Positions 7,628-16,357 of a stretch of 32,000 bases of DNA are shown here, in pieces. Source of the stretch: Mycolicibacterium smegmatis (GTDB taxonomy: Bacteria > Actinomycetota > Actinomycetes > Mycobacteriales > Mycobacteriaceae); NCBI RefSeq assembly GCF_001457595.1, contig NZ_LN831039.1, positions 3,990,001 through 4,022,000 of the forward strand, read 5' to 3'. The position numbers and the translations under genes were made by a program. Under the pieces are notes generated by a model, which saw only the letters and a program-made list of their open reading frames with translations, did not search any database and had not been told where the DNA came from. Each line of letters starts with the position of its first letter. Positions within the stretch are counted from its first letter, which is position 1.

Positions 7628-9136
7628 TCAGCGCTGGGCCAGGCTGAAGCCCTCCCACGCGAGCCGCCGGTCGGCGTCGGGGTCGTATTCGACGCGTGGC
7701 CTGGTGTCGAACACGTACACCGCACGCTCGTCGTGCCGGTAGGCCGGCCACCCGTCACCGGGGACGCCCGCGCGGCTGAAGTCGCGCCAGCGGGTCTGGA
7801 TGTCGCGGCTGACCCGCCGTGCGGACCTGCGGTCGGCCATCGCGGTCAGCATCGACCCGTATCTCGTGCGGTACGTGTCGAATACGGCCAGCAGCTCCAT
7901 CGCATGGGTGGCCCCGAGGCCCGACCAGCGCAGGGCGCGCGGGGCGTAGTCGTAGCGGTACACATACGTGGGCGCGTGGCGGCTGTGCGCCTCGGCCACC
8001 TGCCACGTGGCCGAACCGAACGCGAAGTCGCCACCCAGACGCACACACACGTCCCGGTCGGGGTAACCGGGATAGGCCGACAGGATCCGCTCGCGGTGCT
8101 CGGGGTCGGCATCGGCGAACAGCTTCTCGATCATCGGTTCGTTGGTCGGCAGCAGCGGCAGGAACCGCGTGAACAGCCGGCCCTCCTCGGCGTTGTTGCC
8201 CACGATGAGCGGCACCCGGTGCGCGCTCCCCGCTGCCATCGCCTCGACCGGGTCTGTCGGCAGGAACTCGGTGCCGTAGGTCGGGCCGACCGGGAACGCA
8301 CCGGGCATATCCGTCATGCCACGGTTGATGAGTTCTTCGAGCGCGCGGCCGAGTTGGGCTGGGCTCAGCGTCTTGAGCGCCTCGGCGGCGTCGCGGCCAC
8401 CGTGCCCGATGATCCCGGCGTACTGCCCGGCCAGACGCGCGGCCGTGTCCGCCGAACTGACCATGCCGCTGGCCGGGCTCTCGGAGATCACCCGTGCGAA
8501 CAACCCCCGGGCCGCGGGCACGGCCAACAGCGTCGCGACGGCGTGCGCGCCCGCGCTCTCGCCGAAGATCGTCACGTTGTCCGGATCGCCGCCGAACACC
8601 GCGATGTTGTCGCGGACCCACTGCAGCGCGAGCACCAGGTCGCGCAGGAACAGGTTGTCGTCGATCGGGTGCTCCGGTGTGGACAACGACGACAACTCCA
8701 TGGCGCCGAGCACACCGAGGCGGTAGTTGACCGACACGTACACACATCCCCGACGGGCGAGCGCGGCACCGTCGTAGATCGGGGTCGCCGAACTGCCGAG
8801 GACATACCCGCCGCCGTGGACGAAGAACATCACCGGCAGCGGTCCGTCGTGGGGTTTCTCGGGCGCCACCACGTTGAGCGTCAGGCAGTCCTCGCTGGTC
8901 GGCTGGTACTTGCCGACGCCCAGCAGCGTGTAACGGCGCTGCTGGGGTGCGCAGAAGCCGAATCCGTGGCAGTAGCGCACGCCGGGCCACGGCTCGGCGG
9001 GCTGCGGTGCCCGCAGGCGCAGCGGGCCGATGGGCGCCCGGGCGTAAGGGATGGAACGCCAGCGATGTACGCCGTCTCGCGTGAACCCCTCGATGATCCC
9101 GGTGCTGATCTCTGCGCGGACGGTGCGTTCGTGCAT
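7628..9136 (-). CDS. lipT: Type-B carboxylesterase/lipase, LipT-like
   Basis: FFVHGGGYVLGS oxyanion motif, TIFGESAGAHAV nucleophile elbow; position next to an lppI-like gene as in M. tuberculosis Rv2045c/Rv2046. Confidence 0.85.
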   Translation of the reverse strand: MHERTVRAEISTGIIEGFTRDGVHRWRSIPYARAPIGPLRLRAPQPAEPWPGVRYCHGFGFCAPQQRRYTLLGVGKYQPTSEDCLTLNVVAPEKPHDGPLPVMFFVHGGGYVLGSSATPIYDGAALARRGCVYVSVNYRLGVLGAMELSSLSTPEHPIDDNLFLRDLVLALQWVRDNIAVFGGDPDNVTIFGESAGAHAVATLLAVPAARGLFARVISESPASGMVSSADTAARLAGQYAGIIGHGGRDAAEALKTLSPAQLGRALEELINRGMTDMPGAFPVGPTYGTEFLPTDPVEAMAAGSAHRVPLIVGNNAEEGRLFTRFLPLLPTNEPMIEKLFADADPEHRERILSAYPGYPDRDVCVRLGGDFAFGSATWQVAEAHSRHAPTYVYRYDYAPRALRWSGLGATHAMELLAVFDTYRTRYGSMLTAMADRRSARRVSRDIQTRWRDFSRAGVPGDGWPAYRHDERAVYVFDTRPRVEYDPDADRRLAWEGFSLAQR

Positions 9137-9225
9137 GAGGCGACGGTAGCCGAAAGTGGTGGTCGTATGCCCGACCGGGCACCGCGCAGACGTGCTCGTG
9201 TCAGGTCAACCGCTAGCCTGGCGGA

Positions 9226-9915
9226 ATGCGGACTGCTGTGATCCTCGCGGCGTCTGTGCTTGTGGCAGGGTGTGCATCGGGTGGCCGGGAGGCCGCGCCG
9301 ACGTCGCAACCGGAGTTGTCCGTGCCTGCCAGTACCACGCACACGACGAGCGCCAAACCGTCACCGACCACTCCGATCCCCACCGCGGCACCGGCCGCGG
9401 GAACCCCCATGCCGCAGGTCATCCGGTGGGTCGAGGCCGGCACCCTGGCCGACGTCGCCGGGTTCCACAACGCCACGCGCGACGGCGAGACCACCGACCT
9501 CGGCGACGACATCGCGTTCGTCGCGGCCGGGGCCCGCTGCGTCACCGAGAAGCTGGCCGGTGGGCAGCTGGCGTGCCTGGTCACCGAGGGTGATCTGCCG
9601 TCCAAACCGTCCGATGTCGAGGGCAACTGGGTTGCCGGGTGGGTGGATTTCGCGGGACCGACGGTCGATGTCGGCTCCCTGCACGGCGATCCGGGTCTGT
9701 TCACCTACGGTGACGGCGCCGAGCTGACGGCCGGGCAGTCGCTGGCGTTCGGCGACTACCGCTGCCGCGCCGACGCCTCGGCGCTGGTGTGCGTCAACTT
9801 CGCACACCAGTCCGGGATCCGCCTCGACGACAAGGGCGTGGCGCCGCTGGGCTGCCTGCGCCCGGTGAATCCTCCGGTCGGCGTGGGCCGCCAGTTCAGC
9901 TGCGAACCGGATTAA
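9226..9915 (+). CDS. lppI: Lipoprotein, LppI-like
   Basis: MRTAVILAASVLVAGCAS signal with lipobox LVAGC; adjacent and divergent to lipT. Confidence 0.72.
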   Translation: MRTAVILAASVLVAGCASGGREAAPTSQPELSVPASTTHTTSAKPSPTTPIPTAAPAAGTPMPQVIRWVEAGTLADVAGFHNATRDGETTDLGDDIAFVAAGARCVTEKLAGGQLACLVTEGDLPSKPSDVEGNWVAGWVDFAGPTVDVGSLHGDPGLFTYGDGAELTAGQSLAFGDYRCRADASALVCVNFAHQSGIRLDDKGVAPLGCLRPVNPPVGVGRQFSCEPD

Positions 9916-11018
9916 GCGGCGACGCCTTTGCGCCGCAGGATCGGCAGTACGCCCTCGGCGAACCAGTACGACTCCTCCAGGTGCGGGTACCCCGACAGGA
10001 TGAACTCGTCGAAGCCCAGTGAGTGGTACTCGTAGATGAGGTTCGCGACCTCTTCGTGGCTGCCGACCAGCGCGGTGCCCGCTCCCCCGCGCACCAGGCC
10101 GACCCCGGCCCACAGGTTCGGGTAGATCTCGAGTTTGTCGGTCCGCCCCCCGTGTAGCGCGGTCATCCGGCGTTGCCCCTCTGATTCCGACTTCGAGTGC
10201 AAGGCAGTGGCTTTGGCGATCGCCTCGGGGTCGAGGCCGGCGACCATATCGTGGGCGACGGCCCAGGCCGCGGCCGAGGTGTCGCGCGAGATGGTGTGCA
10301 GCCGGATACCGAACCGCACCGTGCGTCCGCGCTCTTCGGCGAGCGCGCGCACCCTCGCAATCTTGGCCGCGGCGTCCTGCGGTGGCTCACCCCACGTGAG
10401 GTAGACGTCGACGTGTTCGGCGGCGATCGGCATCGCCGCCGGTGACGAACCGCCGAAGTAGATCTGCGGCAACGGATCCGGCGGCGCGGACACCCTGGCG
10501 TCGGCCACCTTGTAGTAGGTGCCCTCGTAGTCGAGCGACTCGTCGCCCGATTGCCGCCACAACCGGTTGACGATGTGCAGGAACTCGCCGGTGCGCGCGT
10601 AGCGCTCGTCGTGGTCGAGCCAGTCCCCGAAACGGCGTTGTTCCACGTTGTCGCCGCCGGTGACGATGTTGAGCAGCACCCGGCCCTCCGAGAACCGCTG
10701 CAGCGTCGCGGCCTGCTGCGCGGCCAGCGTCGGCGGCACCAGGCCGGGACGGAACGCCACCAGGAACTTGAGCCGTTCGGTCTCGGCGAGCAGCGCCGAG
10801 GTGGTCAACCAGGCGTCCTCGCACCACGTCCCCGTCGGCGTCAGCACGCCCTCGTACCCCAGTCGGTCGGCGGCGCGCGCCACCTCGGCCAGATAGCGCC
10901 GCGTGGGCGCCCGGTAGTTGTCGGGCACCGAGTGCTGCGACGACGCGTGCGACGAACCGACGATCCCGCGACTGTCGCCCGCGGTGGGCAGGAACCAGAA
11001 GAACTTCGCGAAGGTCAT
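9912..11018 (-). CDS. ssuD: FMNH2-dependent alkanesulfonate monooxygenase / LLM-class flavin oxidoreductase
   Basis: AKFFWFLPTAGDSR...; RFSEGRVLLNIVTGGD; downstream of ssuCBA-like genes; ATG at 11018. Confidence 0.87.
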   Translation of the reverse strand: MTFAKFFWFLPTAGDSRGIVGSSHASSQHSVPDNYRAPTRRYLAEVARAADRLGYEGVLTPTGTWCEDAWLTTSALLAETERLKFLVAFRPGLVPPTLAAQQAATLQRFSEGRVLLNIVTGGDNVEQRRFGDWLDHDERYARTGEFLHIVNRLWRQSGDESLDYEGTYYKVADARVSAPPDPLPQIYFGGSSPAAMPIAAEHVDVYLTWGEPPQDAAAKIARVRALAEERGRTVRFGIRLHTISRDTSAAAWAVAHDMVAGLDPEAIAKATALHSKSESEGQRRMTALHGGRTDKLEIYPNLWAGVGLVRGGAGTALVGSHEEVANLIYEYHSLGFDEFILSGYPHLEESYWFAEGVLPILRRKGVAA

Positions 11019-11029
11019 GGCGCCTCCTC

Positions 11030-12052
11030 CTAATCGCGCTCGATGTACAGCGGGCTCAGTTGGTCGGCGAAGCGGCGGTCCACCCACTGCGAGAAGTCCG
11101 GGGCCGACGCGATCTGACCCGATTCGGCGAACAGGTCGGCCATCTCCTGTTCGGAGGCGACGAGTTCGTCGGACAGGTCGGTGGGCAGGCGCAGGCTGCG
11201 GCCCTGCGCGACGGCACCCACCTCCGGATCCAGCCCCACCTCGGCCGAGTAGCGCGCCACCCACTCGTCACGGTTGTCGTGGGCCCACTTGACGGCCTTC
11301 GAGTAGCGCACCAGCAGATCGGCGAGCGCGGTGTTGCGTTTCGGGTCGGCCAGCGCCGCTACGGATGCGACGCCGAACCCGGCGCCGTTGGTCACGCCGG
11401 TGGCCTGTGCGATGCTGCGCACCGGCAGCTCCTTCTCGGCCTGCGCGGTGTAAGGGTCCCACACCGCCCACACGTCGACACGGCCCTGCTTGAACGCCGA
11501 GAGGGCGTCGGCCGGCTGCAGGAAGACCAATTTGACGTCGTCGGGGGTCAGACCGGCCCGGTGCAGCTGCACGAGCGTATGACCGTGCGCCGAACTGCCT
11601 TTGGCCAGCGCGATGCTCTTGCCGCGCAGATCGGTGACCTCCTGGATCGGGGAATCGGCGTGCACCAGAAGCTGATCGCCGAACCCGCCGCCGTCGTAGG
11701 CCGACACGACCTTCACCTTGGCGTTGGACGCGGCGCCGAAGATGGGTGGGGTGTTGCCGGTGATCGCGAAGTCGATCTTGCCCGCGGTGGCCGCCTCGAT
11801 CTGCGGCGGACCCGAGGTGAACGTCGAGAACGCCACGTCGTACGGCAGGTCCTCGAGCGCGCCCGCCGCGCGCAGCAGCGCCTCGGTGCCGCCCTTCTGA
11901 TCGCCGATCTGCAGTGTGAGACCGGACAATTCGCTCAGCGGCACGGTCTCGGGCGCGGCCTGCGGCGCCGACTGGTCCGCGCGGGACACGCAGCCCGCGA
12001 GCAGTCCGATGGCGAGCGCAGCCGCGGCGACGATCCGGATTGATCTGACCAC
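11030..12052 (-). CDS. ssuA: Aliphatic sulfonate ABC transporter substrate-binding lipoprotein
   Basis: Lipobox IGLLAGCVS; TLQIGDQKGGTEALLRAAG, DLRGKSIALAKGSSAHGHTLVQL; GTG start at 12052. Confidence 0.85.
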   Translation of the reverse strand: MVRSIRIVAAAALAIGLLAGCVSRADQSAPQAAPETVPLSELSGLTLQIGDQKGGTEALLRAAGALEDLPYDVAFSTFTSGPPQIEAATAGKIDFAITGNTPPIFGAASNAKVKVVSAYDGGGFGDQLLVHADSPIQEVTDLRGKSIALAKGSSAHGHTLVQLHRAGLTPDDVKLVFLQPADALSAFKQGRVDVWAVWDPYTAQAEKELPVRSIAQATGVTNGAGFGVASVAALADPKRNTALADLLVRYSKAVKWAHDNRDEWVARYSAEVGLDPEVGAVAQGRSLRLPTDLSDELVASEQEMADLFAESGQIASAPDFSQWVDRRFADQLSPLYIERD

Positions 12053-12096
12053 GTGTGGTCCCCCCTGTCGTGTGTCTGTCTCGGTCGTGTGTCTGT

Positions 12097-12834
12097 TTAC
12101 AACTGCACGCCGAGGTGTTCGAGCAGTTCGGCGCGGTAGCGTTCGGTGGCCGGCGACGGGTCCCCCGGGGATCGCCGGGTGTCCTCGATGTCGAGGGTGT
12201 GCACCACTGCGCCGTCCTCGAGGACCAGCACGCGGTCGGCCAGGGCGACGGCCTCGTCGACGTCGTGGGTCACCAGCAGCACCCCGAATCCGTGCTCGCG
12301 CCACAGATCGAGCAGCAGTGTGCGCATGCTGAGTCGGGTCAGCGCGTCGAGCGCGCCGAACGGTTCGTCGAGCAACAGCAGTTGCGGCTCGGCGACGAGT
12401 GCGCGGGCCAGCGAAACCCGTTGCGCCTGACCACCGGACAACGTCAAAGGCCACACGTCGCCACGGTCGGCGAGCCCCACGTCGGCCAGCGCACGGTCCG
12501 CGCGGGCGAGTGCCTCACCGCGCGGCAGGCGCGTGCGGGTCAGGCCGTAGGAGACGTTGGTGCGCACATCACGCCACGGGAACAGCCGCGGTTCCTGGAA
12601 CGCCAGCGCGGGTGCGCCTGCCACGTGGCACTCGCCGGTGTGGTCGGTCGACAGTCCGGCCAGCACGCGCAGCACGGTGGACTTGCCCGACCCGCTGCGC
12701 CCGATCAGCGCGACGATCTCGCCGCGGCCGATGCGCAGCGAGACGTCACGCAGGACGTGGTGGCGGCCGTACCACTTGTTCACGCCGCGCAGTTCGGCCG
12801 CGGTGGTGACGGATCGTTCGGAGGTGACGGTCAT
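12097..12834 (-). CDS. ssuB: Aliphatic sulfonate ABC transporter ATP-binding protein
   Basis: Walker A GRSGSGKST, signature LSGGQAQRVSLARAL, Walker B LLLLDEPFGALD. Confidence 0.92.
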   Translation of the reverse strand: MTVTSERSVTTAAELRGVNKWYGRHHVLRDVSLRIGRGEIVALIGRSGSGKSTVLRVLAGLSTDHTGECHVAGAPALAFQEPRLFPWRDVRTNVSYGLTRTRLPRGEALARADRALADVGLADRGDVWPLTLSGGQAQRVSLARALVAEPQLLLLDEPFGALDALTRLSMRTLLLDLWREHGFGVLLVTHDVDEAVALADRVLVLEDGAVVHTLDIEDTRRSPGDPSPATERYRAELLEHLGVQL

Positions 12835-13637
12835 GTGCGGTACCTCAGGGCTCGGCGTTCCAGGGCTCTCACGATCGCGTCGGTCCCGATGCCCAGCAGT
12901 GCGTAGACGATCAGGCCGAAGATGATGATGTCGATGCGCAGGAAATCGCGTGCGTTGTTGATGAGGAAGCCGATTCCCGAGTCGGCGTTGATCTGTTCGG
13001 CCACGATCAGCGTGAGCCACGCGATGGCCAGTGACTGGCGGAAACCGACCAGCACCTGAGGCGCCGCACTGGGCACGATGATGGTGCGGAATCGCTGCCA
13101 GAACGAGAAGCCCAGCACCTGAGCGGTTTCGAACAGCTTGGGGTCCACCTGGCGGATCGCCGAGAACGTGTTGAGGTACAGCGGGAAGCTGACGCCCAGC
13201 GCCACGAGCAGCACCTTGGGCAGTTCGCCGATGCCGAACCACACGATGAACAGCGGGATCAGGCCGAGGTGCGGCAGCGCGCGGATCATCTGCATCGGCG
13301 GGTCGACGGTCGCCTCGAGCCACCGCGACAATCCGACCGCGGTGCCCAGCGCGACGCCGATGACGCCGCCGAGCAGCAGACCGATGACGACGCGCGCGCC
13401 GGAAACCCGTAGCGCGTCGGCCAGTTGGCCGTTGCGGATGAGCTCGATGCCGGCTTCGACGATCAGCGACGGAGCGGGCAGGACGTCCTGCGAGATGAGG
13501 CCGACCGCGCTGCCGAGCTGCCACAGGCCCAGCAGCACCACCGGTGAGATCACCCGGATGATCGCCCATTTCCGGTGGCTCAACCGGCGAGTGACAGTGG
13601 GTGCCGTCGGGGCGGCCAGCACACTGGAACCAGTCAC
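12831..13637 (-). CDS. ssuC: Aliphatic sulfonate ABC transporter permease
   Basis: BPD permease sequence with EAA-like region (SAPQVLVGFRQSLAIAWLTLIVAEQI); ATGA overlap with ssuB. Confidence 0.9.
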   Translation of the reverse strand: MTGSSVLAAPTAPTVTRRLSHRKWAIIRVISPVVLLGLWQLGSAVGLISQDVLPAPSLIVEAGIELIRNGQLADALRVSGARVVIGLLLGGVIGVALGTAVGLSRWLEATVDPPMQMIRALPHLGLIPLFIVWFGIGELPKVLLVALGVSFPLYLNTFSAIRQVDPKLFETAQVLGFSFWQRFRTIIVPSAAPQVLVGFRQSLAIAWLTLIVAEQINADSGIGFLINNARDFLRIDIIIFGLIVYALLGIGTDAIVRALERRALRYRT

Positions 13638-13715
13638 GGTGAGCCGACGTTACGCAGCACCGCCGTGGGTCGTAAGGATTGAAATCGGGCTGAGTCAAAG
13701 GAAATGAAATACGAA

Positions 13716-13761
13716 CCGGCCCCGCGGGAGTGACCGGGCGGTGTCACTCCGGCGGGGCCGG
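13716..13761 (-). terminator. Intrinsic-terminator-like hairpin downstream of the lipoprotein gene
   Basis: 19-bp arms with one mismatch (13716-13734 / 13743-13761), 8-nt loop; minus-strand continuation TTCGTATTTCATTTCC is T-rich. Confidence 0.7.
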
Positions 13762-13782
13762 GGCTCAGAGTTTACCGGCGGC

Positions 13783-14505
13783 TCAGCCGAACCGGGTCTT
13801 GCCGGTGACGAGTTCGGGCGTCACCTCGTGGCCGTTGATGGTCGACCGGAACGTGCCGTTCTGCAGTCGGATCAGCTGCTGGGCCTGCTGGAGCTTGCGC
13901 TTGTTGCGGACCTGCGACTGGAACTGTGCGGCGTTCAGCTGCTGCAGTTCGGCCTGCTCGAAGTCGCGGCCGGTGATGCCGCCGTTGAACTGCACACCGG
14001 TGACCGAACCGTCGGTGTGCACGATCCACGACGACCGCACGCCCTCGAACGCCGCGGTGTACATGCCCGCGGGTTCGCTGACCGGCATCGCGGTGAACGT
14101 GTAGTTGACGCCGTTCATGGTCAGCTCGCCCTTGGCGTCGGTCGCGGTCATGTCGGCCTTGAGGGTGTCACGGAACTTTCCCGTGATGTCGATGTCGCCG
14201 TCGGCCTGGTTGCCGAAGAACCACGCCTCGTCGTCGACGCCGTTGCACGCGTATGCCGTGACCATGTCGCCGTCGACCGCGATGCCGATGCTCATGGTCT
14301 TGCCGTCCGGCGTCGGCATGTCGGCCATGTACCGAATGGCCTCAGGCAGTGGTGCGGGCGCCTCGGACGCAGCCGAGGTGGCGGCCGGGGTGGTCGCCGC
14401 CGGCGTGGCCGTCTCGGACGTCGTTCCGCTGGAGCATGCGGACATCGTGCCGAGTGTGACCATGGCGCCGACACCGATGATCAGTAAGCGGAGGTGTTTT
14501 CTCAT
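13783..14505 (-). CDS. Predicted lipoprotein of unknown function
   Basis: ATG at 14505; MRKHLRLLIIGVGAMVTLGTMSACSS signal/lipobox; Thr/Ala/Pro-rich linker, then an uncharacterised domain. Confidence 0.78.
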   Translation of the reverse strand: MRKHLRLLIIGVGAMVTLGTMSACSSGTTSETATPAATTPAATSAASEAPAPLPEAIRYMADMPTPDGKTMSIGIAVDGDMVTAYACNGVDDEAWFFGNQADGDIDITGKFRDTLKADMTATDAKGELTMNGVNYTFTAMPVSEPAGMYTAAFEGVRSSWIVHTDGSVTGVQFNGGITGRDFEQAELQQLNAAQFQSQVRNKRKLQQAQQLIRLQNGTFRSTINGHEVTPELVTGKTRFG

Positions 14506-14539
14506 GTGATCAAGCATGTATCTCCGCCGGCCCCCGCAC

Positions 14540-14568
14540 ATGGAGAATGTATGGAGATTGCATGGAGA
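14540..14568 (-). promoter_or_regulatory. Triple 7-bp direct repeat at 11-bp period (TCTCCAT on the minus strand)
   Basis: atggaga starting at 14540, 14551 and 14562 on the plus strand, each separated by 4 nt. Confidence 0.6.
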
Positions 14569-14603
14569 TCCCCGGCGAATCCCGGGGCGTCGGATCGAGC
14601 GGG

Positions 14604-15932
14604 TCAGGACCCGTCGAGGGCGAGGAAGCCCTCGAGTTCCTGCCGGAACACCTGCCAGGCCGGTTCGGTCCCGGTGAGCAGATGGTTGTTGCTGTCCAGC
14701 GCGACCATCCGGGCATCCTCGATCAGAGCCGCGAGTTCCTCTCCGAACCGCACGGGTACCCGGTGGTCGTCGCGTGAATGCATGACCAGTGTCGGACAGC
14801 GTACTTCGCGCGCCTCGTCGCGTACATCGATGCGCCCGAACGCCTCCAGGAAGCGCACGGCGTTCTCCGGTGACGTGGTGCGGCGCTGCAGCTGGTCGAA
14901 CGCGGCCCAGTCCGCGCGCGTCCCGTCGGGCAGGAACTGCGCGGCGAACACCTGCCGGAACGCCGGGTCGTCGCGTCCCCAGCCGACCCGGGCGAGCTCC
15001 AGATCCAGTGCGGCCGCGCGCTTCTCCTCGTCACCGACGGCCCGCACGGCGCGCCCTCTGGCGTACGCGCCGCACAACACGAGGCGGCTCACGCGTTCGG
15101 GATGCCGTGCCGCGTACGCCACCGCGACCGCGCCGCCCTGCGAAACCCCCAGTAGCGGAAAGCGTTCCAGCCCCAGCGCCTCGACCACCGACTCCAGGTC
15201 GGCCACCCAGTCGTCGAACGAGAAGTCGGCGGCCTCCCAGTCCGACAGACCGCAGCCGCGCTCGTCGTAGCGAATGAAGGTGTGGTTGCGCGACAGATCG
15301 CGCACCCAGTGGCTCCACACCGGGCTCTCGATGTCGTATCCGAGGTGCGTCATCCAGTTCGCGGCGCGCACCAGCGGCGGGCCCTCCCCCACGACGGCGT
15401 AGGCGAGCCGGACCCCGTCACCGGCACGGCAGAACGCGATGTGCTGCCGCGGCGGGGGCTCCACGGGTTCCGCGGACCCCTCAGCGGTGTCGGCGGTGTC
15501 GAGGGCCACCGCCTCGTGCTGTTGCAGCGGCTGCGCCCGCATCGGCGCGTTCACACCGTCACCGGCGTCGTCGGGCAGCAGTGTGCCGACGAACTGATAG
15601 CCGCGGCCGCGGATGGTGCGGATGTAGCGCTGGGATTCACCGTCGTCACCGAGCGCACGGCGCGCGGCCTTGATCCGGCTGGTGAGCGCGGCCTCGCCGA
15701 CGAACCGGCCGCCCCACACGGTGTCGAACAGTTCGACCTTGGTGACGACGCGCTCGTGGTTGACGATCAGCTGGGTCAGCACGTCGAACACCTGTGGTTC
15801 GACCCGGATCACCTCGTCGCCGCGACGGAGTTCGAATCGACCCGTGTCCAACACGAAATCATCGAAACGCCACACGGACCGCGCCGGATCCGGTGTCGAT
15901 GTTGCGCGTTGAGGGTCAGAAATCGTCGCCAC
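14604..15932 (-). CDS. Fusion of OmpR/PhoB-type winged-helix DNA-binding domain and alpha/beta hydrolase
   Basis: N-term: VWRFDDFVLDTGRFELRRGDEVIRVEPQVFDVLTQLIVNHERVVTKVELFDTVW...RYIRTIRGRGYQFVG; C-term: GVSQGGAVAVAYAARHPERV nucleophile elbow, LVMHSRDDHRVP, SNNHLL. GTG start. Confidence 0.88.
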   Translation of the reverse strand: MATISDPQRATSTPDPARSVWRFDDFVLDTGRFELRRGDEVIRVEPQVFDVLTQLIVNHERVVTKVELFDTVWGGRFVGEAALTSRIKAARRALGDDGESQRYIRTIRGRGYQFVGTLLPDDAGDGVNAPMRAQPLQQHEAVALDTADTAEGSAEPVEPPPRQHIAFCRAGDGVRLAYAVVGEGPPLVRAANWMTHLGYDIESPVWSHWVRDLSRNHTFIRYDERGCGLSDWEAADFSFDDWVADLESVVEALGLERFPLLGVSQGGAVAVAYAARHPERVSRLVLCGAYARGRAVRAVGDEEKRAAALDLELARVGWGRDDPAFRQVFAAQFLPDGTRADWAAFDQLQRRTTSPENAVRFLEAFGRIDVRDEAREVRCPTLVMHSRDDHRVPVRFGEELAALIEDARMVALDSNNHLLTGTEPAWQVFRQELEGFLALDGS

Positions 15933-15949
15933 CGACGCAATCGTAGGAC

Positions 15950-16303
15950 CTAACGCCAGCCGTCGGCAGCCTTCGCAGCTTCCAGCAAAGAGTCGCAGAG
16001 TTGCCGCAATTCGTGAGGTTCGGCACCCTCGTCGACGGCGATCGCGACGTCCTCGGCGGCGCAGCGGACCTGGTAGACGCGATCGGACAGTTGCGCGGCC
16101 TCCTCGGCCGTGAGCACCACCGAGTCCGGGGCCAAGGAGGTGCCCTTGACCATGGCGCGTTGTTCGTATGCGCGCTGGCGGCAGGACTGCCTGCAGTACT
16201 GGCGCCTGCGCCCCATCTGCGCGTCGGGCACCTCACGTCCGCACCACCGGCATGGCTGCGGACGGTTGCGTCTGCGGGTCGCGGCCGCCGTCGGGGTGGT
16301 CAT
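15950..16303 (-). CDS. Small Cys-rich (zinc-ribbon-like) protein, Rv2049c-like by position
   Basis: PCRWCGREVPDAQMGRRRQYCRQSCRQRAYEQR: CxxC...CxxxC with adjacent basic segment; divergent from rbpA. Confidence 0.7.
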   Translation of the reverse strand: MTTPTAAATRRRNRPQPCRWCGREVPDAQMGRRRQYCRQSCRQRAYEQRAMVKGTSLAPDSVVLTAEEAAQLSDRVYQVRCAAEDVAIAVDEGAEPHELRQLCDSLLEAAKAADGWR

Positions 16304-16357
16304 GAAGCAGACTGTAGACGGCGACGCATTGTGATCGGCGTATCATGGACGGTCGAG

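Noticed and set aside
5637-7751. Full-length 704-aa start for the amine oxidase
   Set aside because: The first ~52 residues are Arg-rich, lie in lipT coding sequence and lack family similarity; GTG 7595 is preferred.
7565-9241. 558-aa plus-strand ORF opposite lipT
   Set aside because: Composition-driven antisense frame with no motifs; lipT on the minus strand is well supported.
14540-14568. CRISPR-like repeat array
   Set aside because: Only three 7-bp repeats with 4-nt spacers; fits a transcription-factor site, not CRISPR.
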